Source of the DNA: Omnitrophica WOR_2 bacterium RIFOXYA2_FULL_38_17
GTDB lineage: Bacteria; Omnitrophota; Gorgyraeia; Zapsychrales; Zapsychraceae
Length of the DNA: 64,000 nt
NCBI GenBank assembly: GCA_001805965.1
Contig: MHHG01000072.1
Location: 429-64,428, forward strand
Reading direction: 5' to 3'
Below, one piece after another: positions 18,460 to 27,480 of the stretch. Under the pieces are notes generated by a model. It did not search any database. It worked only from the letters and a program-made list of their open reading frames with translations, and was not told the origin of the DNA. The position numbers and the translations under genes are program-made. How positions within the stretch are numbered: position 1 is the stretch's first letter; the number at the start of each line of letters is the position of its first letter.

Positions 18460-18537
18460 GACGAAATGGCAAAACCGTTGTAAAGCGGTGACGCAAAGCC
18501 ATAGGGTCCTCAGCAAGAGGATAGCCTGGTTACCGAA
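18460..18537 (+). ncRNA. c-di-GMP-I (GEMM) riboswitch
   Basis: GGCAAA-ACCGTT-GTAA-AGCGGT-GACGCAAAGCC…GGTTACCGA matches the GEMM consensus with a GNRA tetraloop. G20 and C92 equivalents are present. Confidence 0.9.
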
Positions 18538-18554
18538 TCAAGTTAAGAGAACGG

Positions 18555-18583
18555 GCCTATCCTTTTTTGGATAGGTTTTTTTT
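18555..18583 (+). terminator. Riboswitch expression-platform terminator
   Basis: GCCTATCC-tttttt-GGATAGGT followed by a T run, immediately after the aptamer. Confidence 0.8.
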
Positions 18584-18695
18584 ATTGTCTCTTACGCGAA
18601 AGGTTATGGATCGGTTGAATAAAAAAGATTTTTAATAAAAATTTGAATAGGAAAAAAGTAAATTAATTTATATGGACATCTTATATTTGAAATGA

Positions 18696-19412
18696 TTGCT
18701 CATGCAAAAAACTAAACGAAAATATTTAATAGCATTTTTTATTATTGGGATTGTTAGTATCATCGTAGCTCTCAATAAATGGGTGGGTTGGCAGATAAAC
18801 AGCTTAGGTTCAAGCACGATCAATGTAAAAAAATCAACTGTTAAATCTTCACAAGGAGCACCTGCTCTTCATGGCCAGGTTATTAGGAAGATGAGATTGG
18901 ATGCAAACAGAAAGTTCTCTGAAAACATATTTTATATTGGTGATCAGGAAATAGCTCGGTTCAAAAATACAGGAGACGAAATATTCGACTATACTGGAAA
19001 AATACCTGACGGGAAAGTAAATTTTGTTAATGAAATAACAAATACATACGGCAGCGAATATTACATAAACGCAAAAAGGGACGGGAAGTATACAGAGTAT
19101 TATCCTGACGGAGTGGTTTTTCAGGAAATCAGCTACCGCAATGGAAAAATCAAAAAGCATTCTGTTTATTATGTTGATGGTACCCTTAAAAAGGAAGTTG
19201 ACTTTGAAGATTCTTTGCTTTTCATGAAAGATAAGGAAGTGGGAACTGGCAAGAAATATACCCGAGATGGCATATTAAAATACGAGTGGCATATAACAAA
19301 CATGGATGAAAATCGTTTTAAACGATCGTACAATATTAAAGGGAAGCTAGTAGAGGAAAAATTATTTGATAATATGGGAAATCTTATTGAAGTTAAGACC
19401 CCTAACAGTTAA
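18696..19412 (+). CDS. Membrane-anchored MORN-variant (YwqK-like) repeat protein
   Basis: N-terminal TM helix; repeats DGKYTEYYPDG, YYVDGTLK, YTRDGILK, YNIKGKL, FDNMGNL. Confidence 0.75.
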   Translation: MLMQKTKRKYLIAFFIIGIVSIIVALNKWVGWQINSLGSSTINVKKSTVKSSQGAPALHGQVIRKMRLDANRKFSENIFYIGDQEIARFKNTGDEIFDYTGKIPDGKVNFVNEITNTYGSEYYINAKRDGKYTEYYPDGVVFQEISYRNGKIKKHSVYYVDGTLKKEVDFEDSLLFMKDKEVGTGKKYTRDGILKYEWHITNMDENRFKRSYNIKGKLVEEKLFDNMGNLIEVKTPNS

Positions 19413-19426
19413 AAAAGAAAGATCCT

Positions 19427-20131
19427 ATGGAAATAAAATCTATAAATTCTAAAAAAGCATTTACCCTGATAGAGCTTCTTATCGTTGTTGGGATCTTAGC
19501 TGTTGTTATTACGGGCATGATGCAGATATTTACATATATGCCACGGTTGTCAGAATCGGCCTCTAACTCAACAAAGGCAATGAATGAGATCAATAGTAAA
19601 CTGGAGGAAATGTATAGTACCTCTTTCAAGAATATAATATCAACTTACGCATGTGAATGTTTTGACTATATAGATAATGATATGGATGGGGCGATAGATT
19701 ATGACCACAATCCAAGCCATCCAAGCGATATGCAATGTTCCCAAATGTTAGATAACTCTGAGAGCAGTGATGCAGCCCCGGCCTCGTTTGATACTTCTCC
19801 GTGCAGTTTTGAATTAGAAGCATTTACGACACCGGCTGGCGAAAAAAGGGGCTGGGCGGTTATTTATTTGTCAAAGTCCCCATATTTTGATGCAACAAAA
19901 ACTGATGAAGAAAATGATAATTATAAAGATGGGGATGGCTTTATAAATGATGATGATGTGAACAATGATCTACTTGATGTCACAATTGTAGCTACTTGGA
20001 TTGATTCTTATGGGCGTACGATTGGAGAAGATATAAATTTAAATGGATATTTGGATAACAGTGAGGATAGCGATGGAGATGGCAGGCTGTCATCAACGGC
20101 CACAATTACAGCAAAGATTTCGAGGAGATAG
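19427..20131 (+). CDS. Type IV minor pilin/pseudopilin (PilV/GspI-like) with Asp-rich Ca-binding-like motifs
   Basis: Class III signal KKA|FTLIELLIVVGILAV; CFDYIDNDMDGAID and DSDGDGRL motifs. Confidence 0.85.
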   Translation: MEIKSINSKKAFTLIELLIVVGILAVVITGMMQIFTYMPRLSESASNSTKAMNEINSKLEEMYSTSFKNIISTYACECFDYIDNDMDGAIDYDHNPSHPSDMQCSQMLDNSESSDAAPASFDTSPCSFELEAFTTPAGEKRGWAVIYLSKSPYFDATKTDEENDNYKDGDGFINDDDVNNDLLDVTIVATWIDSYGRTIGEDINLNGYLDNSEDSDGDGRLSSTATITAKISRR

Positions 20132-20683
20132 ATGCTTAGGAATATAATAGCCAATAATAAAGCAGTTACATTAGTTGAGACGATGATGACGGTCTTTATC
20201 TTTATGCTTGTTTCAGGGGCGCTTTATTCTACTGTGGTGCTCGGAGAACGTTCCGGGATGGAAAACATAATTAAGATCGAACATCAGCAAGAAGTGCGTA
20301 AAGCTGCCGAGAGGTTGAAGCATGATCTATCTAAATCCGGGAGTGGTCAAATAACGGGTGTTCCCGTAGGAGGAGCATCAAGCAGTATCTCTTTTAATGT
20401 TGCTACCGGTGCAACATTCACTGGAAATCCAGTCTGGTCATCCTCTATTACTTATGCCCTGGCTGGAAGTGATTCCAATCAGCTTACAAGGACCCAGAAT
20501 GGAGTAGCTGTAATTGTTGCTAATAATATATCATCAATACAATTTTCAAGAAGTGTACACGATATCGTTGAGGTAACAGTAACAGGTCAATATCCGGATG
20601 ACCTTCTTGATCCGGATGACCAGGACAGGTCAATTGAGAAAATAAGTGCAACATTATCTTTTGTTGTTCATTTGAGGAATTAA
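20132..20683 (+). CDS. Type IV minor pilin (PilW/GspJ-like)
   Basis: KA|VTLVETMMTVFIF class III signal; ends in the typical 'VHLRN'. Confidence 0.8.
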   Translation: MLRNIIANNKAVTLVETMMTVFIFMLVSGALYSTVVLGERSGMENIIKIEHQQEVRKAAERLKHDLSKSGSGQITGVPVGGASSSISFNVATGATFTGNPVWSSSITYALAGSDSNQLTRTQNGVAVIVANNISSIQFSRSVHDIVEVTVTGQYPDDLLDPDDQDRSIEKISATLSFVVHLRN

Positions 20684-20687
20684 AAAT

Positions 20688-22310
20688 ATGGAACTATTAA
20701 GGAACAGGAAAAAAAGATCTAATTGTAAGTTTTTGAATAATAGGGGGAGCATGCTTCTGCTTTCTTATTTGGTCATTATTGTCTTGCTTGGGGTCAGTGC
20801 GGCTATAATGGTCTTAGGTGCTAGCGAGTCAAGAACTTCGAGGATCCAGAGATTAAGTTCGATAGCCTTTTCTATCGCTGAAGCTGGTCTTGAAAAGGCG
20901 TTGTATGACCTGAGAGAAGACTTTGTGAACGATTCATCCCCCAGCTGGAGTGATGGAGATATTAACGGGTATACCTTATCTCCGAGTACTGATAGCTATT
21001 ATACGATCCCATATGATGTCACATCTCTTAATGGCGGTTCTTATGAGGTACAGCTTCTAAATTCATCAAGTGCCAATGCTATCTGGGTAGAATCAACCGG
21101 GACAATAGAGGGGATGAGCCAGTCTTTGAGGGCTTATGTAACAGCAGTAAATATTTCTCCTTGGGATAATGCAATATTTGCCGGTGCCGGAGCTGCGGGT
21201 AAACTGATCAGTGGTAATGTGGACATTCGGGGGTCTGTGCATTTATTAGGAAATGGTCTTGCTCCCACGGATAATGCTGTTTACATGGGGGGCACCGCAG
21301 AGATAGTTGGGAATAATTATAGCGGAATGGCTGCTTATTTAGAGGATAAAATACCGAAATTACCCACAATTACTATTTCAGGGGAAGCGAGTCCATCGGA
21401 GACATTAAGCTCAGAGCTTCGTATTAAAAGAGGAATGATTGAATTGAGCGGTTCAGCAGCTGTAGGCCAGGAGACTAAAAATGCAGACAAAAACGATGGT
21501 GAGAAAGAAAATGTAGATGGAACATATGTAACAGACGGCTATGATTGCGGAGATGCTGATAACAGGATATGCAGTAGCGTTTACTCTGATAATGGTACAA
21601 CTGAGGCATATGATCTTGGCGATGCCGTGTCTTTCCCAAGCCTTGGTGATGATGCTCCTGAAGATACAACAAAAACAATTAAGCAATATTTCATAGATGA
21701 AGTACCCAGCCATAGCAATCCAACGGGAGTTGATTTAGCATCAGCTCTGAGCAACCTTCAAGCAAGCAGCAATTTTAAATATTATGATGATACAAACAAC
21801 AATAATATATTTGATGCCAATGAGGATGGTATAAGCATGGATGGCAGTGGTAATATGTATATTTCCGGAAGAATATATGTTAATGGTGCAGTAAGTATTG
21901 GAGGTTCCGATCCTATTACTTATACGGGAACGGGAACTATTTTGGCTGAAGGCAATGTGGCTATTAAAACGAGCTTAATAACACCTGCCCCGGCAGACCC
22001 ATCAGACCCTGCGCTGAAAACATATCCCGAGAATATAATCGGCATTATGACACCAGGGGATATCTCTTTAGGAGAGTCTGCACAAATAGATATTATGGGC
22101 TTGTTCTATGCCGAGAATCAAGTTGTAGTAAATAAGCAGACAGATGTTATTGGAACACTAGTGACAAACTACTTTGATACCGGAGGACAGGTCCCGGCAG
22201 TTTATCAAGTTCCTGAAGTGGTAAATAATTTACCAGAAGGGCTTATAACGAGTTCTGAAGTATGGTTTTTAAAAGTTGTATGGAAAGAAATAGATGCCCC
22301 GACCCCATAA
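20688..22310 (+). CDS. PilX/GspK-like minor pilin with large C-terminal beta domain
   Basis: RG|SMLLLSY (no Glu5) and 'AFSIAEAGLE' PilX N-terminal signature; Gly/Asn-rich beta repeats. Confidence 0.8.
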   Translation: MELLRNRKKRSNCKFLNNRGSMLLLSYLVIIVLLGVSAAIMVLGASESRTSRIQRLSSIAFSIAEAGLEKALYDLREDFVNDSSPSWSDGDINGYTLSPSTDSYYTIPYDVTSLNGGSYEVQLLNSSSANAIWVESTGTIEGMSQSLRAYVTAVNISPWDNAIFAGAGAAGKLISGNVDIRGSVHLLGNGLAPTDNAVYMGGTAEIVGNNYSGMAAYLEDKIPKLPTITISGEASPSETLSSELRIKRGMIELSGSAAVGQETKNADKNDGEKENVDGTYVTDGYDCGDADNRICSSVYSDNGTTEAYDLGDAVSFPSLGDDAPEDTTKTIKQYFIDEVPSHSNPTGVDLASALSNLQASSNFKYYDDTNNNNIFDANEDGISMDGSGNMYISGRIYVNGAVSIGGSDPITYTGTGTILAEGNVAIKTSLITPAPADPSDPALKTYPENIIGIMTPGDISLGESAQIDIMGLFYAENQVVVNKQTDVIGTLVTNYFDTGGQVPAVYQVPEVVNNLPEGLITSSEVWFLKVVWKEIDAPTP

Positions 22311-22507
22311 AATTGTTTCTTTTGCAGGGTATTAGCAGGATTAGCTATACTGCCCTAGTATCATGAGTTTCTTGCTCCCCCAATAATTTTCAACTCCTTA
22401 AATTGAAGTTCTGTAAGTTGCTTTCCTGTTCTTAAGGGATTGATCTGAAAAAAACCAATGAAAATCTGTTTCGTCGCTATAATGTTGAATAGAATAGGCT
22501 TTTGAAC

Positions 22508-22536
22508 TTGTTCTAAAATGAAATTTAGTGTAGAAT
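22508..22536 (+). promoter_or_regulatory. Putative sigma70 promoter of the DUF1846-carB-purF operon
   Basis: TTGTTC-17 bp-TAGAAT. Confidence 0.45.
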
Positions 22537-22583
22537 ACCTCCGTTATGATTGCTAATAGATCAAAAAAACATTTAATAGTTAA

Positions 22584-22611
22584 GACAGTTCCAAAGGGAC
22601 TGTTTTTTTTT
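22584..22611 (+). terminator. Terminator-like hairpin in the operon leader (candidate attenuator)
   Basis: GACAGTTCC-aaa-GGGACTGTT followed by a T run, 21 nt before the start codon. Confidence 0.6.
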
Positions 22612-22632
22612 GTGTGAAAAGAAGGAGAAACA

Positions 22633-24150
22633 ATGGGTAAAAAGATAGGTTTTGACAACGAAAAATATTTAAAAGAACAAACAGAAGCTATTTTAAATAG
22701 AGTTGATCAGTTTGATGATAAACTATACCTGGAGTTTGGTGGCAAGCTGCTTTATGATTATCATGCTTCCAGAGTTCTTCCCGGCTTTGATCCCAATGTA
22801 AAGATGAGGCTTTTGAAACAATTAAAGGACAAATCAGATATTATTTTGTGTATATATGCAGGCGATATTGAACGTAAGAAGATAAGGGCGGATTTCGGAA
22901 TTACTTATGATATGGATGCTTTCAAATTGATAGATGACCTTAAAGATTGGGAGATCAATATATGTGCGGTTGTCATTACAAGGTATGAGAATCAGCCTTC
23001 TGCAAATGTGTTTAAGAACAAATTAGAGCGCCAGGGCATCAGGGTTTATACCCATAGTTTTACAAAAGGTTATCCTACAGATGTGGACCTTATTGTGAGC
23101 GATCAGGGGTATGGAGCTAATGATTATATTGAAACAAAGAACAAACTTGTTGTGGTGACTGCGCCAGGCCCAGGAAGCGGCAAGCTGGCTACTTGTTTAT
23201 CCCAACTTTATCATGAACACAAAAGAGGTGTGAGGGCTGGTTATGCAAAATTTGAGACTTTTCCTATATGGAATTTGCCGCTTAAGCATCCTGTGAATAT
23301 TGCTTATGAATCCGCAACTGCTGACCTTAGAGATTACAATATGCTAGATTCTTTCCATCTTGAGAAGCATAATGTGAGATCAGTGAACTATAACCGAGAT
23401 ATGGAAGTGTTCCCCGTACTTAAACGTATCTTGGAGAAGATCATGGGGGAATCAATGTATTCATCTCCGACGGATATGGGAGTTAATTGCGCAGGTTTTG
23501 GTATTGTTGATGACGATGTAGTTCAAGCGGCAGCAAAACAGGAGATCATAAGGCGGTATTTTAGGTCTAAATACGAGTATGCAATGGGCTTGGTTGATAA
23601 AGATGCAGTTCAGAGATGCGAGCTGTTGATCGAAGAGATAGGGGTTAAATCCTATGATCGAACAGTAGTCCAGCCGGCAAGAGATGTTGCAAAAGAAGCA
23701 GAAGAGAAAGGTCTGGGCAATAAGGGCGTGTATTGCGGGGCAGCTATTGAGCTGCAGGATGGAACTATTATTACAGGCAAGAATTCACCGCTTATGCATG
23801 CAGCATCTAGCTTGATCCTGAATGTGCTTAAACATCTGGCGGAGATACCTGATAAGATCCCGCTGCTTTCCGAGAACATCATTCATTTTATTTCTAAATT
23901 AAAAAGGGATATTTTAGAATTGAACACCATAAGTTTGAACTTGGATGAAACGCTGATAAGCTTAAGCATTAGTGCGGCGACAAATCCGGCAGCAAAAATA
24001 GCTTTGGAAAAACTAAAGGAAATCAGGGGGTGCGAGGTTCATATGACGCATATCCCGACATCCGGGGACGAAGTGGGCCTGAGATGTTTAGGTGTGAATT
24101 TGACTACTGATCCAAATTTCTCGTCAAAGAGCTTTTACGAAGTTGCGTAA
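22633..24150 (+). CDS. DUF1846 (UPF0371) family protein
   Basis: GFDNEKYL, KLYLEFGGKL.YDYHASRVLPGFDP, TAPGPGSGKLATCLSQLY, YAKFETFPIWNLPL.HPVN. Confidence 0.9.
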   Translation: MGKKIGFDNEKYLKEQTEAILNRVDQFDDKLYLEFGGKLLYDYHASRVLPGFDPNVKMRLLKQLKDKSDIILCIYAGDIERKKIRADFGITYDMDAFKLIDDLKDWEINICAVVITRYENQPSANVFKNKLERQGIRVYTHSFTKGYPTDVDLIVSDQGYGANDYIETKNKLVVVTAPGPGSGKLATCLSQLYHEHKRGVRAGYAKFETFPIWNLPLKHPVNIAYESATADLRDYNMLDSFHLEKHNVRSVNYNRDMEVFPVLKRILEKIMGESMYSSPTDMGVNCAGFGIVDDDVVQAAAKQEIIRRYFRSKYEYAMGLVDKDAVQRCELLIEEIGVKSYDRTVVQPARDVAKEAEEKGLGNKGVYCGAAIELQDGTIITGKNSPLMHAASSLILNVLKHLAEIPDKIPLLSENIIHFISKLKRDILELNTISLNLDETLISLSISAATNPAAKIALEKLKEIRGCEVHMTHIPTSGDEVGLRCLGVNLTTDPNFSSKSFYEVA

Positions 24151-24193
24151 TTCTTAAATCTTGAAAATCAAAAAATATTGAAAAGGGGAAATT

Positions 24194-27100
24194 ATGCCAA
24201 GACGAAATGATATTAATAAAATCCTTATCATAGGTTCTGGCCCGATAATTATTGGCCAAGCTTGTGAATTTGATTATTCAGGGACGCAGGCTTGTAAGGT
24301 CTTAAAGGAAGAAGGGTTCGAAGTGGTTCTTGTCAATTCCAACCCTGCAACGATCATGACTGATCCTGGTATGGCGGATAAGACATATATTGAGCCTCTT
24401 ACCGTTGAAAGTTTGACTGCCATAATTGATAAAGAAAGGCCGGATGGCATACTTCCAAATTTAGGAGGACAAACCGGACTAAATCTTTCTTCAGCTTTAA
24501 GCAAAGCAGGAATACTGAAACGATATGGAGTTGAGATAATTGGCGTTAAAATAGATGCTATTGAGAGAGGCGAAGACAGGATTGCTTTTAAGGAAACGAT
24601 GAACAAGCTGGGTATTCCTATGGCGAAATCTGAGCCGTCTCATTCTATCGAAGAGGCTGAATTGATCGCTGAAAGGCTGGGTTATCCGGTTGTTTTACGT
24701 CCTGCTTATACAATGGGCGGAACAGGCGGAGGGTTAGTCTACAATGTTGAAGAATTGAGAACTGTTATGGCCAGGGGGCTTTCTGCAAGTATAGTAGGCC
24801 AGGTCTTGGTTGAAGAGTCAGTTCTAGGCTGGGAAGAATTGGAGCTTGAAGTTGTCAGAGATGTAAAGAACCAGATGATAACGGTTTGTTTTATTGAAAA
24901 TATTGATGCGATGGGTGTTCATACAGGTGACAGTTTTTGTACTGCCCCTATGATGACGGTCCCTAAGGAGCTGCAAAAAAGAATGCAGGATATGAGCTAT
25001 AAGATCGTTGAGGCCATAGGCGTTGTTGGAGGAACAAACATACAGTTTGCCCATAACCTTAAGGACGACCGTATAGTTGTAATTGAAATAAATCCAAGGA
25101 CTTCCCGCTCATCTGCTCTTGCATCGAAAGCTACGGGTTTTCCAATAGCAAGGATTTCAACTAAATTAGCTGCCGGATTGACAATGGATGAGATCCCATA
25201 TTGGCGCGATGGAACGCTGGAAAAATATACGCCGTGGGGAGATTATGTTGTTATCAAATTTGCACGTTGGGCATTTGAAAAATTTCCACAGGCAAAGGAT
25301 GTCCTTGGAACACAGATGAAAGCTGTTGGCGAAGTAATGAGCATAGCTAAGACATTTAAGGAGGCTTTTCAAAAGTCAATTCGCTCTCTTGAGATAAAAC
25401 GCTATGGATTGGGTGGTGCAAAGAATTTTAAAGGTCTACCGTTGGAAGAGATCAAAAAGAAGATTGCTCTTCCTTCCAGCGAGAGAATATTCTTGATGTA
25501 TGAAGCCTTGCGTCAGGGTATGGAAGTGGAAGAATTATATAACACTACATATATCGGAAGAACATTTATCAAAGAAATGAAGGAGCTTGTTGATTTTGAA
25601 GAAGAGATCCTTCATTCCGATTGGAAAAATCTTGTGCCAGCGAAATTGAGGAAAGCAAAAGAAATGGGTTTTTCAGACAGGTATCTAGCAGGCCTTTTTA
25701 TGATCAAAGAAAAAGAGGTTAGGGAAAAAAGGGCAGCTCTTGGGATAAATGTCCGCTATGAAGCTGTGCCGGTTAGCGGAGTAGAGAACGCGGCCTATTA
25801 TTATTCTACATATACCGAAGGTGAAGACCAGGTTACAGTTTCTCCTAACAAGAAGATCATGATATTAGGGGGCGGACCAAACCGAATAGGGCAGGGAATT
25901 GAATTTGATTATACCTGTGTTCATGCGGCATTTACTTTGAGGGAAGAAGGGTATGAATCAATAATGATAAACTGCAATCCAGAGACGGTTTCTACAGATT
26001 ATGATACTTCTGACAAACTATATTTTGAGCCGTTAACTATTGAAGATGTATTAAATATATATAATAAAGAAAAGCCTGAAGGAGTAATTGTTCAGTTTGG
26101 AGGGCAAACTCCCCTTAATTTGGCACAGGAGCTTAAGGATAATGGAGTGAAAATATTAGGGACGACTCCGGAATGTATACACTTTGCAGAAGATAGAGAA
26201 AGATTCCGCGATAAAATGATGGAGCTGGATATCCCTCAGCCGGAAGGCGGAATTGCAAGATCGTTGAAGGAGGCTCTTGAGACCGCGAGTAAAATAGGTT
26301 ATCCTTTGATGGTTCGTCCTTCCTATGTGTTGGGTGGAAGAGGAATGGAGGTCATATATGATGAAGTATCATTAAGAAAATATGCGCTTGAGGCTATTGA
26401 TGTAAGCCCGGAACATCCTATGCTTATCGATAGGTTTTTGGAAAAAGCGATCGAAACTGAAGTTGATGCTTTGTCAGATGGGCAAGAAGTTTTTGTTGCT
26501 TCTATTATGGAACATACTGAACTAGCAGGTGTACATTCCGGAGACTCAGCTTGTACGATACCTTCAAGAACAATAAGTGAAAAGCACATTGAGACTATAG
26601 AAAGATATACAAAAGCCATTGCAATGGAGTTGAATGTAATCGGCTTAATGAACATTCAATTTGCAATATGTGAAGATAGGGTTTATATTCTTGAAGCAAA
26701 TCCCAGGGCTTCACGAACGGTTCCTATCGTTTCTAAGGTGGCTGGGATATCTTTGGCAAGATTAGCGACACAAGTTATGCTTGGCAAGAAATTGAGTGAT
26801 TTTAGCGATGAATTAAAGGTCAGAAAAATACCATATGTCGGAGTCAAAGAAGCAGTGTTTCCGTTCAACATGTTCCCTGAAGTTGATCCGGTCCTTGGCC
26901 CTGAAATGAGGGCTACTGGTGAGGTTATGGGTCTGGCTGATAATTTCGGCATGGCTTTTTATAAAGCCCAAGAAGCCGCGGGATATAGATTGCCTTTAAA
27001 GGGGAATGTTCTTTTAACCGTTGCCAGGAGAGACAGAGAAAACATGTTTCCTGTCGCAGAAAAGCTTCAGATGTTGGGTTTTAAAATATTTGCGACTGAA

Positions 27101-27433
27101 GGAACAGGTAGGTTCTTAGGAGAAAAAGGGATTAGTTCTACAATCATAAACAAAATGCACGAAGGAAGGCCTAATGTTGCTGATGTGATAAAAAATGGAG
27201 AAGTCCAGTTGATTATTAATACCCCGATAGGGAAGAATAGTAAATATGATGATAGTTATATTCGCATGGAAGCAATTCAAAGAAAGCTTCCTTATGTGAC
27301 ATCTATTGCAGCAGCTCAGGCAACTGTTTATGGTATTGAAGAAATGATCAAAGGGAAAAAAGTGCCCAAGTCATTACAGGAATATCATAAAGAACTTGAG
27401 GGGCAGGAGCTAGTAATAGAAAGTACAAACTAA
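24194..27433 (+). CDS. carB: Carbamoyl-phosphate synthase large subunit
   Basis: MPRRNDINKILIIGSGPIIIGQACEFDYSGTQAC; two ATP-grasp domains; C-terminal MGS domain. Confidence 0.98.
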   Translation: MPRRNDINKILIIGSGPIIIGQACEFDYSGTQACKVLKEEGFEVVLVNSNPATIMTDPGMADKTYIEPLTVESLTAIIDKERPDGILPNLGGQTGLNLSSALSKAGILKRYGVEIIGVKIDAIERGEDRIAFKETMNKLGIPMAKSEPSHSIEEAELIAERLGYPVVLRPAYTMGGTGGGLVYNVEELRTVMARGLSASIVGQVLVEESVLGWEELELEVVRDVKNQMITVCFIENIDAMGVHTGDSFCTAPMMTVPKELQKRMQDMSYKIVEAIGVVGGTNIQFAHNLKDDRIVVIEINPRTSRSSALASKATGFPIARISTKLAAGLTMDEIPYWRDGTLEKYTPWGDYVVIKFARWAFEKFPQAKDVLGTQMKAVGEVMSIAKTFKEAFQKSIRSLEIKRYGLGGAKNFKGLPLEEIKKKIALPSSERIFLMYEALRQGMEVEELYNTTYIGRTFIKEMKELVDFEEEILHSDWKNLVPAKLRKAKEMGFSDRYLAGLFMIKEKEVREKRAALGINVRYEAVPVSGVENAAYYYSTYTEGEDQVTVSPNKKIMILGGGPNRIGQGIEFDYTCVHAAFTLREEGYESIMINCNPETVSTDYDTSDKLYFEPLTIEDVLNIYNKEKPEGVIVQFGGQTPLNLAQELKDNGVKILGTTPECIHFAEDRERFRDKMMELDIPQPEGGIARSLKEALETASKIGYPLMVRPSYVLGGRGMEVIYDEVSLRKYALEAIDVSPEHPMLIDRFLEKAIETEVDALSDGQEVFVASIMEHTELAGVHSGDSACTIPSRTISEKHIETIERYTKAIAMELNVIGLMNIQFAICEDRVYILEANPRASRTVPIVSKVAGISLARLATQVMLGKKLSDFSDELKVRKIPYVGVKEAVFPFNMFPEVDPVLGPEMRATGEVMGLADNFGMAFYKAQEAAGYRLPLKGNVLLTVARRDRENMFPVAEKLQMLGFKIFATEGTGRFLGEKGISSTIINKMHEGRPNVADVIKNGEVQLIINTPIGKNSKYDDSYIRMEAIQRKLPYVTSIAAAQATVYGIEEMIKGKKVPKSLQEYHKELEGQELVIESTN

Positions 27434-27480
27434 TTAATAAAACAAATTCATATTCGGCAAGTAATAATGGGAGAGATTAA

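Noticed and set aside
18280-18516. 78-aa minus-strand ORF
   Set aside because: It overlaps the promoter and riboswitch on the opposite strand and has no coding features.
18460-18537. 3',3'-cGAMP (GEMM-Ib) variant riboswitch
   Set aside because: The position-20 equivalent is G, not A.
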